A stretch of 64,000 nt of DNA, from NCBI GenBank assembly GCA_973895155.1, contig OZ316893.1, positions 10,545,660 to 10,609,659 of the forward strand, in the 5' to 3' direction. Shown piece after piece: positions 12,361 to 25,935 of this stretch. The position numbers and the translations under genes were made by a program. The notes beneath the pieces are model-generated. The model did not search any database. It was not told the DNA's origin and saw only the letters and a program-made list of their open reading frames with translations. Source of the stretch: Marsupella aquatica (taxonomy: Eukaryota > Plantae > Marchantiophyta). Positions within the stretch are counted from its first letter, which is position 1. Each line of letters starts with the position of its first letter.

Positions 12361-14411
12361 GGGATCCTCATCTTACTGTGAAGTAATTATAACGGGTAGG
12401 TGCGAGATCGCGAGGATTAGATCTGGCCCATTCATTGGTCATTCTGTTGGATGTGAACGTTACCTCGATGATGTAGTTTCTACTTGTCTCCGTGCATCAA
12501 GGAAACAAGTGGTCACTTTATGAATGCCACCGGCTGTTTCTTTTGGAATTGGAAATCGACTCCTACGTCGGTTTTAGCATGCTTTGCTCTTACTGCGACA
12601 ATCGAGAGACGATTCAATTACAAAAATGGGGATGGGGTGGTTAAAAAGCTCGATAGCTGGAGCTGTAACTTTAAATTTGTGACAAAACTTGCTACGGAGG
12701 GGATTTTGCACCGTTCAGTCTTGCAAAAGTGTCAGGGCAACTCTCATTCTTATGAGCTTGGGCTCTTGGATGATTTTGTGGAGGCAACGATTAAGGGCTG
12801 TGATCACTGATGTGCTGATACGTTCAGTCTCACTTTGCGGCGGAGAAGGCACAATGGATTGGTTTAGGGGATGACGGACTCACCGGCATTACTGAGTTGC
12901 TCGGAAGCAAGCAGCGACCCTAAATTGTTACTCTGCAGTGGTGAATTTGGGCTCTTGATGACTGTTTCCTATTGGGGAGAATAAACAAGCATTCTTCTGA
13001 ACTGAGATTCAGTTTAGAAAATACATTATTCAAGTTTCTACAATTTGGTACTTGTTCAGTAGCGTACCTGCCTGGTGACCAATGTTGTCACTGTCTGCCT
13101 TCAGCACTTGTCACGTTTTCTATGAACAATGCGAAGGTGAATTTAGCGGGAGATGCATGCTGGTAATCTAAGCAGTTTGAGCAGTGGATGGTGATATGTT
13201 TTTCTATTGTAGGAACCGTGGTTCAGTACCAATTTATAATGGAGATACAGATCTGAACATCTATGCCATCGTTTCGCCCATTGGGGGTAAGCTTGGAATC
13301 TACGGATCAGTTGTGGCCGGAGTCGTATTGATTGGGCTGAATGCTAGACGAGATGCTATACCTTCGTTTCTTGTAGTCATACGCATTCGCAAGCACTTGC
13401 GGTGCTCTTGTTGTAATATCATGTGACATTGTGCAAATGGATGTTGAGTCTCGAGCTCTATATGAAGCAATCACAGTCTGACTCATGCAATCTCGAGTCA
13501 GTTCTTTACAAAATTCGCTAGGGAAACACGTCGCATTTCAAGCCATGAACATCTTCGGACTCTTCCACCCGGGATCAGAAGATGCAGAGTAAGCTACTTT
13601 CCAAGAGAACGTTTCTCATGCACTGACGGCTTTAGTAATCGTATTTCCACGCTTTCACCCAATTTGAATGATGCATTCTTCAGAACTTCTGTCGAGTATT
13701 CCACGCATCGTTTGAGACGTCGGTCATATTTCAAGCAAAGTTACTCACAGTTTGAGGTACTGTAAGGAAACTTCCAATCTTGGCGCAACATCTTCCCTGA
13801 GAACCCAAGGAAATGGACCATGGCATGATAAACTCTACTCGGAACCGTGTGCTGGCACTCCAACCAGGCATTAGGAGGGCCCTTACATTCCTTCCAAGCT
13901 GATCCATTTGGTGGCCTTCCGAAGTATCGCCTGCACATTTTTTGCACTCGCACTCCTAGAAAGCCACATTCTTAGTAGATTTCTTCTCTACAATCAACAT
14001 GTCAATGCCGTCATAATCTAAACATTGTAGGTCTCAATTATGGTCGTAAAACTACCCAACTTCACACAGTAGGAGTCTCCGAAATAACCACTGCACTCTC
14101 GCCCCACTAGAGAAACTGGATATGAATATGACCAGTGTGCTTGATCCTCACCCTCAATCAAGGACAGTATCCAACAGCATTTTTTTATGGCGAAAATTCG
14201 CCAAATTCTGCATTGGGATTGGTATGGCTACGTAAGCAAAGGGAACTTTTTTATCTTTTTTTGAAAAATTAGCCGAATACTGAGGTGCCAATCCTGAAGG
14301 GTTGAAGGGTGACCACGTGGGCTCGCCAGTCCCTCTCAAGCCCTGCCACCCTTGGGCTTGATCGCCAGTGTTCTACCACAGAATTGTATTTGATCGCCAG
14401 TGTCCTATGAC

Positions 14412-14751
14412 AAAAGTGTACTTTATCAGCACTTTATCAGCGCCTCCTGCTCACATACCTATGTATTGGGAGTTGACTAAAATGTACTTCATCCAGCACC
14501 TCCTTCTCACATACCTGTGTATTGGGCTAGGGCAAAAATGTACTTTATCTGGCACCTCCTGCTACCTATGTATTGGCTAGGACAATAATATATTTTATCA
14601 GCACCTTCTGCTCACATACCTATGTATTGGGCTATGTACCAGGTGTGCACACATACCTGTGTAATGGTCTAAATACTAGGTGTAGTGACATACTTGTGTA
14701 CTGGGCTAAGTACTAGGTGTATTCACATACCTGCATACTAGGCTAAGTACA
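14412..14751. repeat. Two-tier minisatellite
   Basis: About 4 units of ~55 bp followed by about 4 units of ~37 bp, sharing the core CACATACCT(A/G)TGTATTGGGCTA. Confidence 0.8.
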
Positions 14752-15717
14752 TGGAGGGGTTCGATTCCTTACATAGAATTAATTTACAATCAAAAGGCTA
14801 ACATTGCTTTGATATTTAGGTCAGGTGTCTCTTATGTGGCCGTAATTATCCTCTCTTATTCTTCTTAGAGGATCTGGCTCAAATTTGCCAAAAGCTCTCC
14901 CAAGGCTTGTTGCCGCACAATCCTTATAGTTGGATATGACTGCTTGCCAAAAACATACCTTGCATCTCCCATGCAACAATGCTTCCCCTCTCCACCCGCA
15001 CTACCCAATTTTTATCTCTCCTTTCAACTCACCACCTTTTTGAACCAACTTCTTGCTCCTCCTCACAAGATTTCTCCATAGACCTTAATTTTTGTACAGA
15101 ATGCAGGTTATTGGTGTGTAACCATTTTGGAGGTACTTGCTATTGATTTCCCATAATCTCTTGCCCGGAAGTAACCTTTTCCGGACAGTAAATTACGCAC
15201 TGTGATGAAGATTGGGCACGGGTTCCAGCCTGAACCTGGCTCCACAAAAGCTCAAAAAAGCTTCCTGACCACCGCCAATAAGGTTTTCCTTGCTCTGGTC
15301 ACAGGGCTACAGGCTACTAACCCCAGACCAGACAGCCATTATCCTATACCTAAAATACCTCCCCATACACTATCTTCTGTTGGGACCATCTCACATATCA
15401 ATGACACAGATTCCATGCATTACATGGGTGACAGTGAGCTATTGCTCAGATAATTGTGCTTGAAAGCTGCTCCAATCAAGATGGTGGCTTTGAGAAAGTA
15501 CTATGAGAGCAAAACAAATCCAGAGTGTGGCCTTTACTCTTTAGTGTAGAAGGGCTTGACCCATGATCAGTTGGGGGGGGGGGGGGGGGCGGAATTCTCT
15601 AATCGAGAAATGTTGGACTGCATTTTCATAATTTGGGGCAAGAGTAAGCAGAACGCAATGAAGAAGAAAAATTCATGATGTTATCTTCTTAGCAGCAGCT
15701 AACCAATAGTCCCAGAA

Positions 15718-15858
15718 AGGCATGGCTGTGTGGTAGCTCACTTGAGATGAGACTCATAGGTCTCTGGTTCAAATGTTGTGGCTGACTATTCCCTTTCTGT
15801 GGGGTTTCACAGATTTCCCCTTAAAATTAAAAAAAGAAAAAGAAAAAAAGAAAAGAAA
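15718..15858 (+). mobile_element. Candidate tRNA-derived SINE
   Basis: A-box-like TGGCTGTGTGG (15723-15733), B-box-like GGTTCAAAT (15766-15774), then an A-rich tail (15823-15858). No TSD found. Confidence 0.4.
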
Positions 15859-18166
15859 CTTCTGTAGCAAAGTTTAGGTAGTTTTCATTATTTAGTTATG
15901 AAGGAAATAATAGAAATGGGGAAAATTGGAATTTTGAAGCTTCCTTAATCTTCAATGAATTTTGGTACTTACTTACTTCTTCCTAACTAACGATGAGAAG
16001 TATCAAATTGGAAACTTTCATTAGTCAGTAAGGAAGAATAGAAATCTGAATCCTAAATTCTACTTGACTTATTTGCAAAGTCAAGCACGGTTGCATGTGG
16101 TGCACTTTTACAAAGTTTTCCAGAAGGTTTTTGGTTTGATTTTGGTTGTGAAAAAGTTTCAAATAAAGCCAGGATCTGATGTGTTTGCTGTGAAGCCAGG
16201 ATGGCTTTCCAAAGCTGCAATGGATTGACAGAGAAGATGTTGGGATAACACCTTTTTTAGTTGATGTGACCTGCAAATAGGCTCCTGACTGTTTGCAGCC
16301 CGTTTCAATGAGTTTATCCAGTAGTAAGTTGTTTGCTCAGACCCAAACTACTGAGGGTGTCCTTCAGTACATGAAACATCCTTACCCTAAGTGGTAATTT
16401 GCGGCTCATGCCCAAACTCTCTGGGGTCTTTCACAAAAGTGAATCATCCGTTTGCAGTTGGTTTATGGTATTTTACCATATCCTTGCTAGTCAGAAATGA
16501 GAACGGAACATTGTTATTAAAATACTTTGTCATGTAATAGATTGGGCATTTGAAAACAAGTTGGCAAATTTAAAATTGATATCAAACAAAGTTACAAAAG
16601 TCAGTCAAACAAATGCATAAGTATGCCAAAAAGGAGGGACACAATTTAGAGCCTTGCATACACAAACAAAACAGGGAAGAGAACTTAGCTTCTACAGCTA
16701 GTACACGTCCAACAGAGAGCCTTCACATGAAGTAATGTGGTTAAAGTAGGGAGTCTCAAAGCTTGGAATGTATGGATGATGATATTCGGTCATAAAGAAT
16801 AGGTCATATTTTTTCGCAAGATTATAAAAGTTTTTTGTTTTGTTTTTTCTGTAGCCTCTAGAGTGACTAATGGTTATGGCATAAGACCAATCCTTATGGC
16901 AAAAAGTTATAGACTATGAACTGTGTAGTACATAATTTTTTGTGTCCATAATCCATACCTATGGAGTTAAGGTACATCAAATTGCCAGGTTTGACACACC
17001 CTAGTACTCCTTACCATGGGTTCCTGGGTTCCTTAGGTGCTTTATAACCCTCGTGACAATGGGTGCTTTAAACCCTCGTGACAATGGGAAAGAAGAAATG
17101 ACATCGCACATGTTCGTGACAGAGTCCTATTTGTCCGTTAGAGTTGAATTCGACATAGGCTACAAGCTGGAATTGAACGGGCCGGGACGGAATTAGACAC
17201 TCACAGATCCTTCAGAAGAGAGGACCATTGTCCTGTAGAGGAGAATTCAAAACAGACTGAGAGCTTTAATTTTCTGCTAATAGACGAATGAACTTGGAGT
17301 GTTTTGAGACTGGACTCGTAGTACTGAGTACTGGCAGTCGCGCATCTCTTTACAATCCAAGAAGACAATAGTGTCATGTGCTTTGCTTTGCATCTACCCA
17401 AACCCTGAACCCTACTCGTCGTGCTCATATGATCCGAGTTGCATCCCTTGGACTTCATTTGTCATTGATTCATTCGTCCTGTCTCTTTAGAAAGTGAACT
17501 CCAGTTCTCCATAATTTTAGCATCTCTTTGAATGTCCGTCACTGTCATGAACTGATTGGTAGCTAACTGAGTACCTTTTGAATTGTCGTGCTTTGGGTTG
17601 CTCGCTGTCTTTCTACAGATGAGATCAGTTTTTTGGTTCAGCTTGAAAAGTCTCTTCTAGCGGAGCGAGATGACCTTCGAGCCGTGCTGGATTTGTACAG
17701 GTGAGCTTGTCGAGCAAATGCTTTTTGCCGAATGGTCTCGTGCTTCACTTCATACTTCAAATGGTTAGGATAACTTGTATTATAACTTTTGATATAGCGT
17801 TTGTGCCCCATCCTTGGATCAGGATCCGTACTAAATTTATCCATGCATTTCTTGCTAGTATTATATCATTTGGTTCATGTCATGTTGAGATCCATTGAAG
17901 CAAACTCTGTTGAGTGTTGTAGTCATAGGATGAAAGATTGGCTGGAAGGAAATTGCGAGTCCACAATAAGACGGGGCTATCTTCACTGATAAGTTCATCG
18001 AAGTAATATTCACACATCCCCAATCGATCAGAAGCAAAACAAACCTTAATTATAAACGCAAGGAACATTGCTCCTTGGGAACTCTACGAAGTAAAACTGG
18101 CTTCTCTATCGCAACTCAAATGAGGCCCACTTATGCTGAATTTCATCACTTCATATATTCCGTGTC

Positions 18167-21100
18167 CTACAGGAGACTTGTATCTAAGATGGAGTTGTAC
18201 TGCTTGAGCTGCAGTAACCGATTCTCTATATTGGAGAGAACAGGTCGGTAACTGCACACAGGTCATGATGGAGTAAGAGCCAACCAATCAGAGAGATTTT
18301 TATCAAACAGCGTGCTCTTTGGTCCTACTTACGAATAACTTTGGAAATGTTTTAACTATAAATGACCAGCATTAAATGAGGCCATGTGGCTTGAAAAGCG
18401 ATGATAGGCACAAATTATTGAGCAAGTCTCCTAGATTCTACCTTTGGAATTTTAATGCAACACATTGTCAACAATGAGGAGATGCATCCACATATAACAA
18501 AGTGCTTGAGACCAAAGTACTTCACTAAGACAAAGAAAAAGAAAAAGAAAAAAAATGCAAAAAATGAGGACTCACAGTCTGCCAAGCGTGTTAGAAGCTA
18601 AGATGGCACGATTCAAGTTGGACGAGAGTTGAGCTATTTGAGCAGTCTGCTCCACTTCCCGGGCTTGCACCTTTGCTAGTTCAACCTGTCATGTTAGAAG
18701 GAAAATCGCATGATCGTCAGTAAAACTTTGATTAATTTCAGTTTCTTACTTCGCATCCAATAATGATGAATCCTCACCTCACTAGTAAGAATGATCATAA
18801 ATGATGATAATTCATCATCAATAAATATGCCCAATCACTCAGAGATTTGATAGCAATGAGAATTTCTAAGCAAGACAATTGGGACTGCTTAGAGTGCTGC
18901 ACGTTACAAACCTTCAGCTTTGCGTTCTCCGCTCTTAAAGCTTCAACATCTGTCATTTCTTTTGCATCATCTGATTGTGCTTTATGACCTTTTTCCAAAA
19001 GTTTCTCGGACAGGACAATCTGTTCTGATGCTGATACCATAGCTTGCTGCATCCGCAGCTGGTTCAATTCTGATCTCAATTGTGCATTGTGTTCTAAGCA
19101 TTGTTGAACCTGCAACCATCCAACTATCTCTACCTCAACTTTCCGAAAAGCCCAAATCAACTCACCTACTTTGGCAGGCTTATGAACCAGTGAACTTTCG
19201 CACTGATGTATTTCACTTGCAATTCCAGATGAAACATATATTACCTGTCCGTCCCATTGAGAAGCTGATGTATTTCACTTGCAATTTCAGATCAAACATA
19301 TATTACCTGTCCCTCCCATTGAGAAGCTATCTCTGACGTTTCTTCAACACTACTAGTCAGGTTAGCATTCTCCACAAAGAGTCTCTCAATCTCTGCAGAC
19401 TGTCCATCAATCTGGACGCAAGAGCACACAGAACAGGATTCTCAGTCTTGGATCTAAGGCGCATGTGAAGATATTAAGTCTTCCGCGAGCTCGGCAGAAG
19501 TCTACGAACAGAAAAACAGACTCAGATAGATTCTACATCAATTCTATCACAGAACTTTGTACTGTCAAAGGGCCTCACTGAGAGGACAGGCAACTAAAGA
19601 GGTTGGAAGGTTGAACCTCCAATTGTTAAGGGTAACACAGGATCACAATACCAACGATTCTACATGCAACCTTCTTGGACCATTTTGCCAAACATGTCGA
19701 TGAATCCCCGTAAAGAGCTCGATTTCATAGATTACTACTGATTAAAAATTCCATCGGCGAATGAGTTAATTTTAAAGTCCAGCAGGACATCTTCACAAGT
19801 TAAGTGCCTTGAAAAGACACAAATTCATACAACAGGAAACAGCGAATGCAATGAAACACCAAATCTCAGAACAACAGTTGATCATGACACATGTTGACTT
19901 GAACTCAGAATAATTCAAAGTTATCTGTTACCTCGCCTAGCAGTTTCTGGCGTCCTTTCTCTAACCTTTCCACCATTGAAGCAAGCTCATGTAGTTGCAT
20001 CTCAAGTTTACTATTTTTCTGCTGAACAATAGTGAAAGAACCACACATAAGAGGTCTGCCCTCTGAACATCTTCGTTACTTATTATTGTAAAATTTCTTC
20101 GCAGTAGAGAACACAATGCACTGAACCGGGAACGTGTAAGCATCCTGTAGATAATTTCACAGAGACAATCCTGACTATCCAAGGCACAGATCTGGCCTGA
20201 AGTACCATGCAGCCAAGCCATAATTCTTCGATTGTTCACAGGCAGATGAAGTTGTTAACATGCACAGGAAAGGACATATCAGAAACCACCAGCCTTTCCT
20301 CTCAAACGGGTTTTGATCTAATGATGCATTTCATTAATTCGATGAGTCTGCAGACGATACCTACATTTGAGCCCTAATGTCCAAACAAATCTAATTAGTT
20401 ATCAGGAGAGCCATTCAAATGATAGAGAAAACAGTGCAGCTCCTGTTGACAATTACCGAGGATGTTCCAGTGTCATCTAGTGATGATGCTCCAGACAAAG
20501 GCATGGTAATGCTAGCTGACTCTGTACCATCTGGTTTCGCACATCCCAAATTGTCAACAAATAAGGAAGTCAAGGCCGAGGATTGTATCTAGAGGTGGAA
20601 ATGATTAAAGATGCTAGACCCTAAACCCTAAACGCATCTGGAATTAGACAGTTCTTAAAAGAAAAACATTGATAAGAGGATGAAATAAATACGTAAATCT
20701 TGCACCGCTAAACGATTCCTATATTACCAGGTTGGGTTTAAGCCACAAAATAAATAAAAACTCCCACCAGCTTTATTTTTTTGAACGCCAGCCAGAGCGC
20801 TTTCAGCTTCTCGTTTTGCCTTCTCTAGCTCCTTAAGCTTTGATGTCAACAACGAATTCCGTTTCTGCTCTGTTGCTAGCTTCAATTGCTCCTGTTGAAG
20901 TCGCTGCCATGTTTCCTGCTTTTCACCAATATAAATTTGGCTTAGAGGAAAACTAAATTACCAAGGCAGATTCAAGGAGTAATAAATGTTAGGGGGGAAG
21001 TTGGCTAACCTCTAGCTCAGATCTCATAGACGCTATCTCTTGTTGGTCCGGAATGAAGGAAGTTGGCATGTAGTTGCTTTTCTGTTCTGCATGCTGTATC

Positions 21101-21648
21101 GCTTGGATTTCTGACCGTAAGGTCGCAGCATCTTCCTCCGCCTGAACATAGTAGCATAAAATTGCTACATAGCACGGCCTTAGAGGCGAATTAAAAAAAC
21201 TAGACTCCCCTTTTGAGTGATTGTACTCAACCTGTCCTTACCAGCCTGTGAACTAAGAGCAGGAATTGAAAAGACGGTCTAGTAGCTCAGAAAGAATGCG
21301 TCAAATGGCCTTAATTGGCCTCGAATGGAACGTTCAACCCTATACCAATATGAGAACACATAGTAGTTAACGATTCAAGTTTGTAACAACATTGTATCAC
21401 CTTATACTGTTCATCCTCTGCCTCCTTAAGTCTTCTCTTTGTTACGCGCAGTTGTGAAAGTAAATCCTCCTGTCAGAATATCCACTCCTCACAGTCAGAT
21501 CAAAATATTCGGAGCGGTAAGATGAGGAACAGTAAGTAGAAGTAGAGCTGTAGCACGCGTTTACACACAACAGTACCTTAGTAGCTAGGGCAGCATCCCT
21601 CTCCAGCGTCATGTCATCCAAAGCTTTTGAAAGTGCCACCACAGCCAT
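18167..21648 (-). CDS. Coiled-coil protein of unknown function, at least 10 coding exons, 359 aa from the ATG at 21648
   Basis: Exons 21648-21577, 21469-21401, 21141-21010, 20915-20768, 20530-20457, 20018-19932, 19411-19307, 19109-18912, 18685-18576 and 18251-18167. All are GT-AG with consistent phases, 1080 nt ending in TAG. Heptad-rich product (EDLLSQLRVTKRRLKEAEDEQYKAEEDAATLRSE...LYRPVLSNIENRLLQLK). The true start may lie in an upstream exon. Confidence 0.85.
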
Positions 21649-21949
21649 CTTTGCCTGCAGTGGACACTATATTATCTCGAGGACAGTCCCCTATGCCAAG
21701 AGAGGAAAATTCATTTATATGAGGACCAAAATTCTCTCCATTAGCTCATTCAGACAATTAGTGACGAGAGATAGGGAAAAGCATTCAATGAACATCTTAA
21801 GACAACAACAGTATCTCCAAATTGCACATATGGAGGGGACTACGGATCTGATGAGACTTGTGCAACGTTATTGTATTCAGATTTTACTTACGGGGAAGCG
21901 GTGCAGAGATCTTATATTTTCGCTGGTCAAAGTGAGCCTTCACTATCTC

Positions 21950-24720
21950 ACTTTTTCCTTCTCTTGTCTCCTTCAGAGTTATGCCCTAAATCTTGTGAGG
22001 CTGTATCATTCAACTCCTTGTCCAGCTTCTAACTTGTGTACCGAGGTACTACTGCTCTGTAGTTCTCTTGATATGCAGGTCTGAACACGCCAGGAAGTCC
22101 CCAGATTGGAAGGTTGAGTGCGACGAAAGTTGAAAGCTGCTGCGCCAACGAAACAAGGAGCAAAGATTAGGTTCGCACTAGGCAAGTAAGAGAGAACGAA
22201 GTAAATCACAAGTACTGACATCTTTTATCTGCCAAAGTACGCCCTAATTTTCAAGGGTAGGTCCCCAACCAAGCCTCAAAACCCAAATAGATGCAAGATA
22301 GCATAGCCCTGGCTCACTTCCACCCAGCTACTCCAAGTTACGAAAATTCCGAGGTTCGAAAGATGTCTTGCTCCAAGCATATTTGCGTGGTCTTCGCACT
22401 ATCAGCTTTTACTCCACCATGCTTCACATTCACCCCAATTCCCATCCGGACCCACTCATTGGAGACTACCTCGTTGCCTGCCATTCGTACTGAAGGAAGA
22501 ACTCTGTGTGGACTTCCAATTGCATAGCCAGACCCTCAAAATCCTATCTTGTCGAAAAGAAGCAAAATTCTTGCTTAAAAGCTCTGATGTCAATTTAATT
22601 TCCGATATGCTGCGACAGCTAATGGTGTTACAGTTTAGAGAGAAAAGTAACAAATGGCACAGAGAGCCAGCTGAGCCCCGAAATCTAAGACCATCGGCAC
22701 AGTCCCGAATTGGAACTCAAGACGTATCAAGTGCACCGAACGAACTAGACAGCAAAGAGAAAATCCATGATTGAAAACTTGAAAGAAGTTTCAATGCAGA
22801 AAGACCACTCCAGGCAGGTCGAATTTGAACTTGGTGAAACAGATCGCCTTGCAGCACAACGACCGAAAAGAACGCAGACACGCAATTGAGTTCCAAGCTC
22901 ATACCTTTTTACGAATAATTCGGCTTTACACTCTTAACGAGTGATCGTTACAGCGAAGTGGTATGAATGTTGTAAAGAAAATGAGACCGGAAGCGAGCCT
23001 GAAACCTAGCACTTATGGTGCCAAGGTCCAACCAAGCTACCAGGCCACCCAGTGAAAGTTTTTGACCTAATCCGTTGATCCATTAGCGAGACCAAGCACA
23101 ACTGGCAGTGAAGCGTTCGACTACATTAGGTAGCCTACGATAAATCCTTACATAAAACTTAAGTTTGTTCAGGGCATTACATGCTGACAGCCTTAGGACC
23201 CTATTAAATGCCAGTCTTCGGAGATGATGCGTGCTCATCCTAGACCTCAGAATATGGACGACTGCGCTCTCGCTAGTAACAGATGTTGACATTCTGTTAT
23301 TTGCGGACCCTGACGCTGGTAGCTAGAGATAGCAAGTATGCCGTTGCTGGGGTAGGATTTCTTCCCGGAGAGCTTAGGGCACTTGTGTTGCACAACAAAT
23401 ATTTCTTCTCAAATAGCTTAGCCTCACTGTGATGCACAAGAAAAATTGTCAAAGACCTTTCGACCCTAATCTCACAAGTCCACCTGATCAAAGAACGACA
23501 CCTATATATGAAAATGAATGTGCACGGGATCAAATGACAAGCTTGTTCTTCTTTGATCGTTTAGAAGCGAGTGGTAATCCCCTCTTCGTAAATAAACTCG
23601 TAAATAAACTATTGATCGGAATTTTCAAGTCCACACTGATTTATTCCATGCATACCGCCAACAGCTGTAACGAACCGAGACAGCAGCCTCGACACTGTGA
23701 TGCGGGCGTGAAGAAACTCGATGTGTATAATAGTAGAGAAGAGCGACTTCGCTCTGACCTCAAGTGAAAGAGCAAATTTTCAAAATTCCAGTTAAGTCGA
23801 CGGAGATGTTCAGTTAACAATTCTCACAACCTCGAGCTAACATTGCAAAAGATCACACTGAAAGTCCAAACATTCGACCTAAAGGACCCGGAAGAGGAGC
23901 AACGGACGAAAGCACAAGCAGCAAGGGCCCGTTGAAAAGAAATGGTAGTTTACAGATCGGGAAGCTAAACTACACGAAACTTCGAGAGAAAGAATGAGAT
24001 ACTGCCCTCATCTGAAGTCTACGGGGACCAAAATGGGCCCTGGAACCAGCAAAGGGATTTTCAAATCAACAATTTAAGAGCAAAGTCACAATGAACACAC
24101 ACAGTGGGAGTCATGCACAGGGATTTTGAAATTAACATTTTAAGGCAAAGTCACAATCAACACACAGTCGGAGATAGACACAGAGAACTCAAGTTAGATC
24201 CACTAACAACTTCCTCCCGAGCTCACGAAAACAATTACCGTTGCTTTCGGATCAAAGAAGCTCAAAGGCTTGACCACAATTCAGATCGCCTCTTTTTCTT
24301 TTGTAGCAATCACGAGGTGACCAAGACTCGTATTACAGTACCTTGATTGTGTTCATTGAAAGCTCAGCTCAGGGCAGCATATCGCAATGTTCAAGACCTA
24401 CGACGAATCCGCTATGAGGTGGAAGGGCAAATTTCTGAATACACTGGGATCTGACTCTGGGGAGCGGAATAAATGAGAGAGGGGCAACTAGATTAGAATC
24501 TCATTCCCTCCCTCCCACCAGGCGAGTCTAACCGCGAACGAAGGGACCAAAGAGCGATAATTACCGGAATCAGATGAGCTACAGCAGTCTTCACTCGTCA
24601 TCAGAAACTGCGGGCAGGTCTGCAATCACTGCAGCCTCCAATCTACGCCCTCCTGTCGCTGTCCACAAGCTAGTAAAAACTGGGATGAGCTCCCCTCCTT
24701 GTGCGTAAACCCTAATGTCA
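21950..24720 (-). promoter_or_regulatory. Probable long spliced 5' leader and promoter of the coiled-coil gene
   Basis: Minus-strand donor-like sites near 21951, 22902 and 24340. Short uORF-like frames at 22330-22485. Telo-box AAACCCTAA at ~24707. No continuous reading frame was found. Confidence 0.45.
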
Positions 24721-25770
24721 CTGGCAGATTTCTCATCATTCACTAAACGTTGGAAGGAAAAGCCCTTGGGACTCGGTGACCGGCAGTCGTTTACGGATGG
24801 TCCCCAGACTTGTTCCTCCCGGTGGATTTCCCTTCCCGACCGTTAGCAGTACATATTTTCGAGAACCATAGTGTCCACAAAATTGAGAACTGCTGTAAGG
24901 AATGACATCGCACTGGCAAAGAGAGACAGGACTTTTGACTTCACTGAGCAGATCCGCGACAACGTGACTGCAAATCATGTAATCAAATTTATTAAGTGAA
25001 ATGCTGGTCTTCTTCTACATTTTAACAGATGAAAGAACAGGTCACGACCTAAGTGAAAGTGCAGCGTCGTAGCCTAAGAAAAGCAAAAGAGAAAAGATGA
25101 AAGAACAAGAAATGATAACACCAGAAATTGTAATCTAAATCCCTGTCAGGTGGACAATATTTCTTACACACTTTTCTAAAATTACAGTGCTTGACAAAGA
25201 AGCTGGCTCTGGTCCCAATGACAAGAACGTACTTGTTTGGTGCAATCAGCCAATAACCAGCGCAATTTCTGCAAAGTTCCGTCTGTTAGGAAAGAATGTA
25301 GGCTGTTTAAAATGATCAAAACCAGTCCGGAAGGAACTAACACTTATGTCCAAACACATAATTTGGTCGTCCAGAGTTTCATTTCGAGAGTAATGGCTTT
25401 TATCGGCTGGATGGAGATAATGACGCTTCGATTCCCAACATTGCGCCCGGAAGATCTTGACCTCTTTGCACAAGGAGACAAATCTCCAAACTCGAAAGTT
25501 CATATGCGCAAGACGTTTTAACGCAATTCTCCATGCTAACGTTAAGTCCACTCCTCCGGAAAAAATACCTCCGAACAGTATTCTAGCATCATGGATGGTG
25601 CTGGGAAAGGATGAGGTTCTCGTCACTGGCTTATTATTTTTTATTTACAGGATGCGTTTTTCGGTTAGTAGGGAATCTAAAGGGGAGATGAAGCGCTTCT
25701 CAGATTGGGCTGTTCTTGGTTTTGCTGTCTCGAATTCTGCAGCCAAATTGTGTCATATCATCTGCTCACT

Positions 25771-25935
25771 TTCTCGTTTGAGTTTAACAGTTCCCTCTGA
25801 GTAGACTACTACTCAACTCTGTAGACGATTTAGGAAATGGTGCCAGAACCCTTTTCTCGTTTGATTTTATGAGTTCCCTCTGGATAGACTACTACTCACT
25901 TCTGTAGACGATTTAGGAAACGGTGCCAGGACCCT
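25771..25935. repeat. Imperfect 83-bp tandem duplication
   Basis: TTCTCGTTTGA...GTTCCCTCTG..TAGACTACTACTCA..TCTGTAGACGATTTAGGAAA.GGTGCCAG.ACCC starts at 25771 and again at 25854. Confidence 0.9.

Noticed and set aside
14412-14751. CRISPR-like array (recurring ~22-bp core)
   Set aside because: The intervening sequences are homologous to each other, the context is eukaryotic and there are no cas genes; it is a minisatellite.
14755-14770. tRNA T-arm-like GGTTCGATTCC
   Set aside because: No cloverleaf or acceptor stem can be built around it.
15573-15589. Poly-G runs (also 37942-37962) as functional G-quadruplexes
   Set aside because: Simple homopolymers in repeat-derived DNA whose length may be a sequencing artefact; no supporting context.
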